From: an uncultured delta proteobacterium
GTDB lineage: Bacteria; Desulfobacterota; Desulfobacteria; Desulfobacterales; UBA2156
NCBI GenBank assembly: GCA_963736855.1
Contig: CAVTQK010000019.1
Coordinates: 1-64,000, forward strand
Direction: 5' to 3'
Length of the DNA: 64,000 nucleotides
Positions 1-8,908 of this stretch are shown one piece after another (positions within the stretch are counted from its first letter, which is position 1; each line of letters starts with the position of its first letter). Position numbers and translations under genes: made by a program. Under the pieces are notes generated by a model, which was not told the DNA's origin, made no database searches, and saw only the letters and a list, made by a program, of their open reading frames with translations.

Positions 1-33
1 AATCCTTTGCTCTATCCACTGAGCTACGGGGGC
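1..33 (-). tRNA. 5' half of a tRNA (probably tRNA-Arg); runs off the window edge
   Basis: Reverse complement GCCCCCGTAGCTCAGTGGATAGAGCAAAGGATT gives the acceptor 5' strand, D-arm GCTC-AGTGGATA-GAGC and the start of the anticodon stem-loop. The anticodon is outside the window, so identity is inferred. Confidence 0.75.
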
Positions 34-94
34 AGAATGAATGATTTCAAGAGGTTAGGTGGTATCCAGGGTTCCGTTTTTTCCTGAAAAAGGG

Positions 95-200
95 CAAATT
101 GTGCCCAAACCGGACCTTACCATATTCCTGACGGCTGTCCTCCTGAAATCATGAAAAAGCCTTATACCAAGTCCTGATTTGATGCAAGCGCTCTTCAGAC
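95..200 (-). pseudogene. Tyrosine recombinase/phage integrase C-terminal fragment
   Basis: Translation [22 protein letters not shown] contains the HxxR box. The N-terminus and catalytic Tyr are absent. Confidence 0.7.
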
Positions 201-224
201 CGATGTATTTTTTACCGGGTAATA

Positions 225-253
225 TTGACAAGCTAATTTTATCCGGGTATAAT
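225..253 (+). promoter_or_regulatory. Consensus sigma70 promoter of the DUF2239 gene
   Basis: TTGACA (225-230), 17-bp spacer, TATAAT (248-253); AGGAGGA RBS before ATG 290. Confidence 0.8.
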
Positions 254-289
254 TTGACCAATCACGATTCAGTAGGAGGATATCGAGAA

Positions 290-907
290 ATGGATGAACA
301 AGATCCAAAAAGCTGCACCGCCTTCGAAGGCAACCGTTGTATCGCTTCAGGAAAGCTTCTGGAGGTCGCCAAAAAGGTGAAAGAGATCATCGATCGAGGA
401 GAACAGGCATCCGTTCTTATTTTCGACAATGTCACCAGCGAGATTGTGGAGGTGGATTTCCGCGGCACAATGGAAGATGTCCTGAAGAGGTTGGAAAAAT
501 CAACAGCAGGGATGGAGTCTGCCGCCGCACCTTCAGATACAGACCAAGGCTCACAACGCGGACCGGGTCGCCCCAAGCTGGGCGTTGTTTCCCGGGAAGT
601 CACATTACTGCCTCGGCACTGGGAGTGGCTTAATAGTCAACCAGGAGGCGCCTCTGTAGCTCTTCGCAAGCTGGTTGAGGAAGCGAGGCGTGTTAACAGC
701 AACCGGGATAGGGTGCGTCGTTCGCAGGAGGCGGCGTACAGATTCATGTCCGCCATGGCCGGTAACCTGCCAGGATTCGAGGAGGCGACAAGGGCTTTGT
801 TCGCAGCAGCCCCTGAACGTTTCAACAATCAAATTGCTTCATGGCCTGTCGATATCCGGGATCATGCTCGAAAGCTTGCAGAAGCCGTATTCCAGAATCG
901 AGCATGA
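290..907 (+). CDS. DUF2239 family protein
   Basis: Motifs CTAFEG..IASG, LIFD..T, RGPGRPKLGVVSREVTLLPRHWEWL..QPGGASVALRKLVEEAR. The start is placed at the ATG after the RBS. Confidence 0.85.
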   Translation: MDEQDPKSCTAFEGNRCIASGKLLEVAKKVKEIIDRGEQASVLIFDNVTSEIVEVDFRGTMEDVLKRLEKSTAGMESAAAPSDTDQGSQRGPGRPKLGVVSREVTLLPRHWEWLNSQPGGASVALRKLVEEARRVNSNRDRVRRSQEAAYRFMSAMAGNLPGFEEATRALFAAAPERFNNQIASWPVDIRDHARKLAEAVFQNRA

Positions 908-1002
908 GAAAGCGGCTCATGACTTATGCTCAAGCTTTTTAGGCCACCTGGAAAAAATCAAGACCTCCGGGCTATGTCGGTTGTTTGCAAATTTTCGTTT
1001 AT

Positions 1003-4000
1003 CTATTTTTCTTCCAAGGATTCACGTAACTTGGATGATAGATCCTTCATGGAAAATGGTTTCTGGATAAAATGCACTCCCTCGTCAAGAATTCCTCGAT
1101 GGGCGATGACGTCAGCCGTATAACCGGACATGTAGAGTACCTTGATATCGGGATTCATGACTTGTATCTGGTTTGCCAGATCCCTTCCACTTATCTGCGG
1201 CATTACAACATCGGTCATTAAAAGATGGATTTTGCCCTCATGCTCTTTGACAAGACCCAAGACCTGAGCCGGGTCCCCTGAGTGTAAAACCGTGTATCCC
1301 AATCGTTCCAGCATCGCCTTTCCCATGGTCAGGATCGACGGATCATCCTCCACTAAAAGAACCGTTTCTCCATGGCCTCTTGGAATTTCGATGGAATCCG
1401 GCATTCGTTTCTTTAATGACACTTCCCTCATACTTGGGTACGTAGATCTTGATGGCAGTCCCTTTTCCGACCTCGCTGTAAACACTGATAAAGCCCTCAT
1501 TTTGCTTGACGATGCCATAAACGGTGGACAATCCGAGGCCGGTGCCCTCACCGATATCCCGGGTCGTGAAGAAGGGTTCGAAGATTTGAGACCTGATCGT
1601 TTCATCCATGCCGCATCCGTCATCATTCACCGCCAGCATGACATATTGTCCGGGCTGAGCCTCATTATAGGCAGCGCAAAAAAGCTTATCAAGAACCACA
1701 TTCTTAGTCTCGATGGTGATATTGCCCTTTCCGGCAATGGCACCTCTGGCATTCGCACACAGGTTGGCTAGAATTTGATCCACCTGGGACGGGTCCATCC
1801 TCACCGGCCACAAATTCGCATCCGATTTCCAGGCAAGACGGATATCTTCTCCGATCAACCGCCTAAGCATCTTGAGCATCCCTTCCACGGTTTCATTGAG
1901 GTTCAGCACTTTGGGGATAATTGTCTGCTTCCGGGCAAAGGCAAGGAGTTGCCGCGTCAGATCCGCCGACCGCATGGCTGCTTTTTGAATTTCCTCAAGA
2001 TCCTCATAATAAGGGTCTTGGGGCTGCATTCCCATGTGCATCATCTCGGTTCGGCCCAGGATTACTCCCAGCATGTTGTTGAAGTCATGGGCTACCCCTC
2101 CAGCCAGGCGCCCTACCGACTCCATTTTTTGGGCCTGAATCAGTTGATCTTCCAGTCGGCGTTTTTCACTGATATCGTGAATGATTGAATGCAGATATTC
2201 TTTTCCTCCGATGGACACTTTGCTGCTGAAAACTTCCACATCAACAATCCTGCCGTCTGCTTTACGGTGTTTGAATTCGAAATGAATCTTTCTCATACTC
2301 CGAGCTTTTTCCAATTCTTGTTTAACCTCATCCGGTGAAAGCGTGTTGATTTGTGAAATCTTCATCGTTTTCAGCACATCCATAGGCCATCCATAAAATA
2401 TAGCTGCAGATTCATTGGCATCCACAATGTTTCCGTTTACGGGGTCGATGATGAGTTTTACGGCAGAGTGGTCTTGAAAAAGGTTACGGAATTTTGCTTC
2501 ACTTTCTTTGAGTGATTTTTCCGCCTGCTTCCGGTCGGAAATATCTCGGATAGAAGCATGGAGGACCTTTTTATCTTTCAGCGAGTAGGATGTGAAGATG
2601 ATTTCTGTTGGAATGACTTCTCCGGTGGTGCGCTGATGGAGCCATTCAAACCGTTTGGGTTTCCCGGTTTCAATGACCTGTTCAATGTATCGGCGGGACA
2701 GTGCCTGTGACTCTCTGCCATCGGTTTGCATGGGCGGGGAAAAATCCGCCGGTCGTTTGTTTCCAAAATCCTTTTTACTTTTAAGTCCAAAAAGTTGTAA
2801 CGCGCTTTGGTTGCAATCAATAACCTTTCCTTCCTCGGAGGTAAGCGTGATGGCGTCGTGGGAACCTTCAAAAATGGCTTTGAACTTATTTTCGCTCTCT
2901 CTCAACGCATCTTCCGCCTGTTTACGCTTGGTAATGTCCTTATCAACGCCGCGGTAGCCCTGTAAAATTCCGCCGGCATCTATCAGAGGCAAGCCATTGG
3001 TCAAAAGATATACAACATCTCCTGTTTTGGAGAGATTCTTGTTCTCTAAGTCAACAATGGCTTTCCGGGCTGCAACGATATCGATAAAAATCTCTCTAAC
3101 CCGCTTTGCCTCCTCTTCGGGCATGAAATCAAAAGGAGTTTTGCCTATCAGATCTTCGGAATTATACCCCAGGATCTCTTTTACGCGCCCGGAAGCAAAT
3201 GTGTATTTAGCATTCGCATCCACCTCCCAGATCCAGTCGCCCGAACTATGCGCGATATCCTCGAACCTCTTCTGATAGGTGATCAGCTTTTCCTCCGCTC
3301 GCTTGCGTTCGGTGATGTCCCGAGCTACGCTTAAAATCACATGTTTTCCCTGATAGGTGACCGGACTGGAGCTGATTTCAACCGGGATGATCTCCCCCTT
3401 TTTTGTTTTATGTCGGGTTTCAAAAACCTGCTTTTCATCCTTCTTCATCCCTTCAATGAGTTTCTCGATTTTATCCGGACTTAGATAGGGATCAATATCC
3501 ACCGGTCCAAGGGAAAGCAGTTCCTCTCTGGAATATCCGAGCGTTCTGACGGCCGTCTCGTTGACTTCAATGAACTTTCCATTAAAATCGATTATAAAAG
3601 CAGTGTCATTCATTCCGTCGATGAGTTGCTTATATTCTTTTTCCTGTTTTTTTCGCTCGGTAATATCCTGAACGGTGGCGAAGACCCTGGCCGATTTTCC
3701 ATCCCGGCGATCAATCACGCCCTCGGTGCGAACCTGAATCACTTCTCCGTTTTTTCGGATGATACGGTATTCATTCGGGGTCAGCACGTTTTTACCGGAG
3801 GCGATACACTCATTCAGCCACTCGGTCACGCGCTTTAGATCTTCGGGATGATGGATTTTCGCATTCACTTTGGCGTAATCGATGCTTTCGGATTGATCAT
3901 ATCCCAACAGGTTAAACAGCGCATCGGACCATGTGACCGCTCCGGTTTCCACATCCCAGGAAAAATCCCCCATTTTCGCTATCTGTTGGGCTTCTCGAAA

Positions 4001-4120
4001 ATGCACTTTGCTCTCCCGCAGCGCCTCTTCCGCCTGTCTGCGCTCCGATTCCGCTTTCTCTAATTCTTGGACTCTTTTTGCCAGTTCTTCATAAGTTGGT
4101 TTTTCAGACATAACAACCAC
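1003..4120 (-). CDS. Multi-PAS hybrid sensor histidine kinase/response regulator, frameshifted near 1410
   Basis: Several PAS/PAC repeats, H-box LAGGVAHDFNN, N/G/F boxes (NLCANAR, DDGCGM, FEPFFTT, GTGLGL). The receiver domain (VLLVEDD, DVVMP, MSGY, KP) is in a different frame (1003..~1410). Confidence 0.9.
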
Positions 4121-4473
4121 CTGCTTTATTGATTAGAAGAATACTGAAACAGACATTGCGTTGGATACCTTTTCAATTTTTGAAAAAGGGTTAAACTTCG
4201 ATGAATCCAACGAGAATCAGATGTAGTTGACCTTTTCTTCGAGAATGCGAAAGCATTGGGGCCTGATAACCGTTTGGCTTGAAAAGTTCTTTTTTTATTA
4301 GCCCTTAAGTGTAATTATGTCAAGACTTTTAAATAGATACATAGTCAGTCCATGACATGTCGGAACCAATCTTTCCTGTCCTTCTTTCAGCTCTCAAACG
4401 CATTTTCCATGAACCTGCTTTTAAAACCCTCTCCGGTAAAAACTGCCTGTAAACCGACAACCATAGAAAAATT

Positions 4474-5268
4474 TCATGAAATATTCGGATTGGGGGATGT
4501 TATAAGCTCAGACAAGGAATCCGAAATCGCTTTCACTGTTTTTTTAATATCCTCGGGATATTTTCTGAATCCTGTGTATCGAATCTCCAACTGAATGGAT
4601 TCAACACGATCCAAGGGATGCCCTTTATTTAGAAAATACTGATTCATGTTTTTTGGATTTCGTCCACGGAATTTCTCTGAACTTTCGCGCATTATAACGG
4701 TTGTCATCCCATGTTGTGTTAACAGATTCCGGAAATGCTCGGCAGTTTCCTTTTTGGCGGTATATTTGCTGCCGGGGTCGTTTATTTTATCAACCGGATT
4801 CGGACCCTGACCATATCCGATCAATGCATGCAAATTTTCCGGCTTGCCTTTAAACCCGGTATCTTTATGCAATGCCTGATTATTTATGCTGTCATCAGAT
4901 GCGCCGTGTATCCAAATGACAAGCATCTTTTGGTTCTTTTCAATAAACGTATCGATGGCGTCGATAAAGCGAGGTTGTCTTATGGCCTGTTCAACAATGT
5001 TTAAATCTATTTGGGTTCTTTTTGCCCCGATATTGATGATTGCGTTGCACCCGATTTTTGTTGCAACACCGGCGGTGATTTGATCCGTGTTTATGTCATC
5101 CCTCGGCTTAATCGCTCTACCGTGTGGGGCCAGTAAAAGGATCGGGGTGTTTCCAGAGATGATTTTGAAAAAACTTTCATTAAGCTCGACCTTGTTCTCA
5201 CCTTTAGGGGCCTCGGGTGTATTATCAGGTTTTTCTTTCATATCGGACGATTTTACAGGTATTTCCAT
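4474..5268 (-). CDS. Hypothetical protein, N-formylglutamate amidohydrolase/Zn-exopeptidase-like
   Basis: 264-aa ORF with LLAPHG..D.NTD, IWIHG and SIQLEI motifs. Confidence 0.5.
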   Translation of the reverse strand: MEIPVKSSDMKEKPDNTPEAPKGENKVELNESFFKIISGNTPILLLAPHGRAIKPRDDINTDQITAGVATKIGCNAIINIGAKRTQIDLNIVEQAIRQPRFIDAIDTFIEKNQKMLVIWIHGASDDSINNQALHKDTGFKGKPENLHALIGYGQGPNPVDKINDPGSKYTAKKETAEHFRNLLTQHGMTTVIMRESSEKFRGRNPKNMNQYFLNKGHPLDRVESIQLEIRYTGFRKYPEDIKKTVKAISDSLSELITSPNPNIS

Positions 5269-5706
5269 CTCCCGAAGTTAGTCTTTCAAGGTTTGACGCG
5301 TCTCGGTCAGGGACAACGTCCTCATCGACCGGATCCTGTGAGAGGTAAAAGGTGATTTTCAAGATACTGATTTAACAATGATATTTAACATCAAAATTGG
5401 TCATACAACAGACCGTATGACCAAAAAGATGACCGGTCAGAATCGGGAATAATCAGGAAATATATCTTGTTTCGCCATGTTGCATCAAGCGCAAAACTCT
5501 TGGTGATCGCGACGTTCTCAGATCCTTAATCAAGCCTTCGATCCCCCTCATCTCCTTCGAAAAAATCAAGCAATTATAAAAAAGGCCGAATGAAAAACTG
5601 CCTATGGTTTTCTATTGATTTGTTCCCTTTCTTGTGTAAAAGAGCATTCTAATCCTTTCTATCTCTTCCATCGGTATCATAGATCTCGACCAAAAAGGTA
5701 AGCGTC

Positions 5707-5847
5707 ATGCTCAACCTGGAACCCATCAAAGAGATCATGTACGGGAATATTGGAAAGATCCTTCTGGTTGCCGCTCTCCTGATCGCCGGAAATCTCCTGT
5801 TCAAGAAGCTCGGAAAACGCATCAAATCGAAAAAGAGGAAATTTTGA
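5707..5847 (+). CDS. Small single-pass membrane protein (46 aa), not in the ORF track
   Basis: MLNLEPIKEIMYGNIGKILLVAALLIAGNLLFKKLGKRIKSKKRKF*; AAGGT upstream; hydrophobic core followed by a basic tail. Confidence 0.45.
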   Translation: MLNLEPIKEIMYGNIGKILLVAALLIAGNLLFKKLGKRIKSKKRKF

Positions 5848-6032
5848 TCGTCATTAAAGATTATTCATAGTCAGGATAATCGTATTAATTCAGACATAAA
5901 GCAGAATCAGGGGACATTTTTACAGTTTAAAGCGATCTGTTCTTTATAAACTTGGACTCTGATATTCAGAAAATAGAGTCTGGATATTATATGTTGCCAC
6001 AGCTTGACTCCACGCTATAAGGAACTACTAAT

Positions 6033-6541
6033 ATGAAGGTATCCGAACGGTCGTACGAGAGAATTACAAAGGCGGATCTGAAAAAACTTCTCGCTTTTTC
6101 TCATGATGACAGGAAGGAATTCTTTGCCAGAAATCCACGTTGGCGGAAACTTTACGAAAATAGGATTATTTGTATCGCTTTATGTCAAGGAGCTGCATTA
6201 CATTATTTAGATCGGGAAAATGGTGTAAAAGACTTTGATGTTTGGACTTTTTATTCGGAGCATCATGAAGCACCTTTCCCTACCGAAGAATGGGGCATAA
6301 AGATTTCGGTATTTCCAAGTTTGGTCGTCATCCTTTGGATGCTGCTAATTTCGAGGGCAGGTGTGTTGACCTGATTGGGAGGTCTTTAAACATTTCTAAA
6401 GATACTGATCCAATAAAAGCTCTGAAATCATATCTTAGAAACCCAGCTACAAAATCTGCAAAAGAGCTTTCAAAAAAAGCCGTAGTTTTATTATATCCGG
6501 ACAAGTACTTTTGCAAGGTGGTTTGGCAAAGAAGCTTATAA
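6033..6541 (+). CDS. Cassette gene: hypothetical nucleotidyltransferase-like protein, frameshift near 6282
   Basis: Two overlapping ORFs join as ...APFPYRRMGHKDFG... Motif LCQGAALHYLDRENGVKDFDVW resembles the Pol-beta hG..DxD motif. The stop codon lies within the inverse core site CTTATAAC. Confidence 0.6.
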
Positions 6542-6655
6542 CATTGCGCTTTCAGTCGGACGCATAAAAAACTGCGGAGCTAAGCGACGGCACTCAACCT
6601 GTTTGGTCTGCTCCGCAGCCCACAGGCCCGTGCCGTCGCTTAGCTCGCGTTAGAT
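6535..6655 (+). other. Integron attC site (composite)
   Basis: Starts at TATAAC. Perfect 17-bp inverted repeat GAGCTAAGCGACGGCAC (6577-6593)/GTGCCGTCGCTTAGCTC (6630-6646). Ends at core site GTTAGAT (6649-6655). Confidence 0.75.
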
Positions 6656-6715
6656 TCCGGGGATTATTATGGAACTGATAATTGCTGAGATAATTCAGCT
6701 TCAGAAACTCAGCTT

Positions 6716-8023
6716 ATGAATCAAGAAGACCGTCAATACAATATACTTGTATATGGAAATGATAGAATAGGTTTGAAAGAACCCAGCAAAGAAATTTCTA
6801 ATCGGAATTATAAACTCGTCTTTGCAAACTTTAAGACTGAGAAACGATTTAATGATTTCGATGGAGTAATTCTTTTTCAAGGTATCTTTGAAACATATAA
6901 ATACGAGAAAGGATCCGATGATATTTACTTGAATCACTCATATGACCGTAACGAATTAGACAAAAGAAAAAAAGAATTACTACTGCTTATAAATAAAGGT
7001 GGATTTGTAAATTTTATTCTTCACATACCTTTTATTGATAGTCACCATCAATCCGGGTCTTGCACTCAAGATTTAAGAGGAACAGATCTAAGCAAATATT
7101 CACTTAACTTTTCATCATTTTATCGTAAAGATTTTCATAAACGGACGACTCGTGTTCATTCGGTTAGAGATGAATTTAGAAGGTTTTTAGAACTTTACGG
7201 GGCAGCAAGTTCATATTTTGAGAATTCTAACAAGGAAATAGAACTGCGTGAAATTGCAAGGGTGAATGGTTCAACTGTTGGCATGATATTGTTTGATAGG
7301 CAATTTTATATCCCTTCATTGGTCCCAGAAAACAAAGACGAACGGATTTATGAATATTTTAGTATGCTTGCCGAGGCATTAACCTCATCCTTTAATAAGC
7401 TTCGTTTTGAGATACCCTCCTGGGTTGCCGACTTTTGTTTTAGTAATGAGACAGCTTTATTATCTAAAAAACAAAAGTTTCTATCAGAAATAGAAGCTTT
7501 TGATACAGAATTGGTAAAATACACACAGTACAAAAAAATCTTACTTAGCAGTGGAGAGATTTTGGTAGAGAATGTTGCTAATGTATTGAGGAAGGGGTTT
7601 TCCTTCAAAGTAAACACAGACGACGATTTAAAAGAAGATCTAAAGATATTAAATGACAAAGATGAACCATTAATATTCGTCGAAATAAAAGGTACAAATA
7701 GGGGAGTAAAACGGGAATACATTAACCAAACAGATAGTCACAGGGATCGCGCAGGTCTTGATTCAACATTTCCGTCACTATTGTTGATAAATACACATAT
7801 TAAAAACTCAAATAAAATTGAGGACAAAGACCAAGCTGTTCCTGATGAGCAAATTAAACATGCGAGAAAGATAGGGATTTTAATAATGAGGACATTAGAT
7901 CTTCTTTTTCTATTACAACAAATGGAACTTGGTAAAATTTCACAGAAGGATATATTGGAATTATTCATCAATAATGTTGGCTGGTTAAAAGCGAGTCCAG
8001 ACGGTTTTGAGATTATTAGATAA
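6716..8023 (+). CDS. Cassette gene: 435-aa protein with C-terminal PD-(D/E)XK nuclease-like domain
   Basis: AT-rich ORF between two attC sites; KEDLKILND...IFVEIKG...YINQ motif. Confidence 0.65.
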   Translation: MNQEDRQYNILVYGNDRIGLKEPSKEISNRNYKLVFANFKTEKRFNDFDGVILFQGIFETYKYEKGSDDIYLNHSYDRNELDKRKKELLLLINKGGFVNFILHIPFIDSHHQSGSCTQDLRGTDLSKYSLNFSSFYRKDFHKRTTRVHSVRDEFRRFLELYGAASSYFENSNKEIELREIARVNGSTVGMILFDRQFYIPSLVPENKDERIYEYFSMLAEALTSSFNKLRFEIPSWVADFCFSNETALLSKKQKFLSEIEAFDTELVKYTQYKKILLSSGEILVENVANVLRKGFSFKVNTDDDLKEDLKILNDKDEPLIFVEIKGTNRGVKREYINQTDSHRDRAGLDSTFPSLLLINTHIKNSNKIEDKDQAVPDEQIKHARKIGILIMRTLDLLFLLQQMELGKISQKDILELFINNVGWLKASPDGFEIIR

Positions 8024-8033
8024 AAAGTATCTT

Positions 8034-8095
8034 GCCGAACAATCGTGTCCAGGGTACGGCGAGGGGCATGCCGCCCCTGACACGCGGCGTTAAGA
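8034..8095 (+). other. Integron attC site (62 bp)
   Basis: GCCGAAC-aatc-GTGTCcAGGG..cggc..gccg..CCCTGACAC-gcggc-GTTAAGA: imperfect palindrome with an unpaired base and a GTTRRR core. Confidence 0.85.
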
Positions 8096-8124
8096 GTGAA
8101 TATCTTGATTAGAAGGGGTATTGT

Positions 8125-8631
8125 ATGAAATCAGATGCCAGTGTGGAGGAAAGATTTGATGGCTGGTATGTAAAACCTATCAAATTATTACATGATGAAT
8201 TACCCGAAGGAGACGGCGGCGTATTGGCATTATCAGCGGCACTTTTTCTTTGCGAACGTTATTATCGTGTATTGACAAATACTCGTGATAAATTCGACTT
8301 CAATTCTAATAAAGATTTCAAAAATGCTGCTGCAAAAGATTTTGGGCTTCAAGAGGATGAATTTGAGGCTTTTTGGAAAGTATATAGAAACGGTACGCAG
8401 CATCAGGGTATCCCTATGGACCAAGAATATAAAGGCAAGAAATATAAGTGGCAAACACACGATGATTTTAATGCGATTCCTTCATTTCAGCCATTAAGTC
8501 AAGATTCTTTTGAAATCAGACTTAATCCGTGGAAGTTTGCTGACCTTATAATTGATAAATATAAAAAAAATAAATCTATCCTTACAAAATTTTTCGATCA
8601 CGGATTCGCGGCAGTTAAATCATTTCTTTAA
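8125..8631 (+). CDS. Cassette gene: 168-aa HEPN-like (RxxxxH) protein
   Basis: Motif FWKVYRNGTQHQG. The unit is bounded by GTTAAGA (8089) and its complement TCTTAAC (8637-8643). Confidence 0.6.
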   Translation: MKSDASVEERFDGWYVKPIKLLHDELPEGDGGVLALSAALFLCERYYRVLTNTRDKFDFNSNKDFKNAAAKDFGLQEDEFEAFWKVYRNGTQHQGIPMDQEYKGKKYKWQTHDDFNAIPSFQPLSQDSFEIRLNPWKFADLIIDKYKKNKSILTKFFDHGFAAVKSFL

Positions 8632-8636
8632 TGAGC

Positions 8637-8856
8637 TCTTAACACGGAGCTAAGCTTCCGCCGGAAAAAGTGAAATATATAAATCGACCTCATCCATGAA
8701 AAATGGAATCGCGTCCGTTGAAACTAATGCGCCTGGGGCCAAAGTCGCAGACCTGACGGCGTAAGGTAAAGTGCGAACTATATAGAGACGGGCTTTCGAG
8801 CAAGAGGCAACTACCAGGGCTCGCCGCCTGTGGGTGCAGGGCAATTCGACGTCATG
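8637..8856 (+). other. Degenerate or long attC-like region
   Basis: TCTTAACACGGAGCTAAGC resembles the left arm at 6570-6585. A possible degenerate core GTCATGC lies near 8850. The arms pair poorly. Confidence 0.4.
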
Positions 8857-8908
8857 CCAGAATTATGGTAGCATGTCCGTTAAATCAAAAAATATGAAGT
8901 GATCTTAT

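Noticed and set aside
179..289. Upstream extension of the DUF2239 ORF
   Set aside because: It overlaps the promoter and the integrase scar. The RBS supports ATG 290.
8725..8800. Possible c-di-GMP-I riboswitch (GGCCAAAGTCGCAGACCTGACGG)
   Set aside because: It lacks the GGCAAAC..GAAA P2 stem and tetraloop arrangement; the resemblance is superficial.
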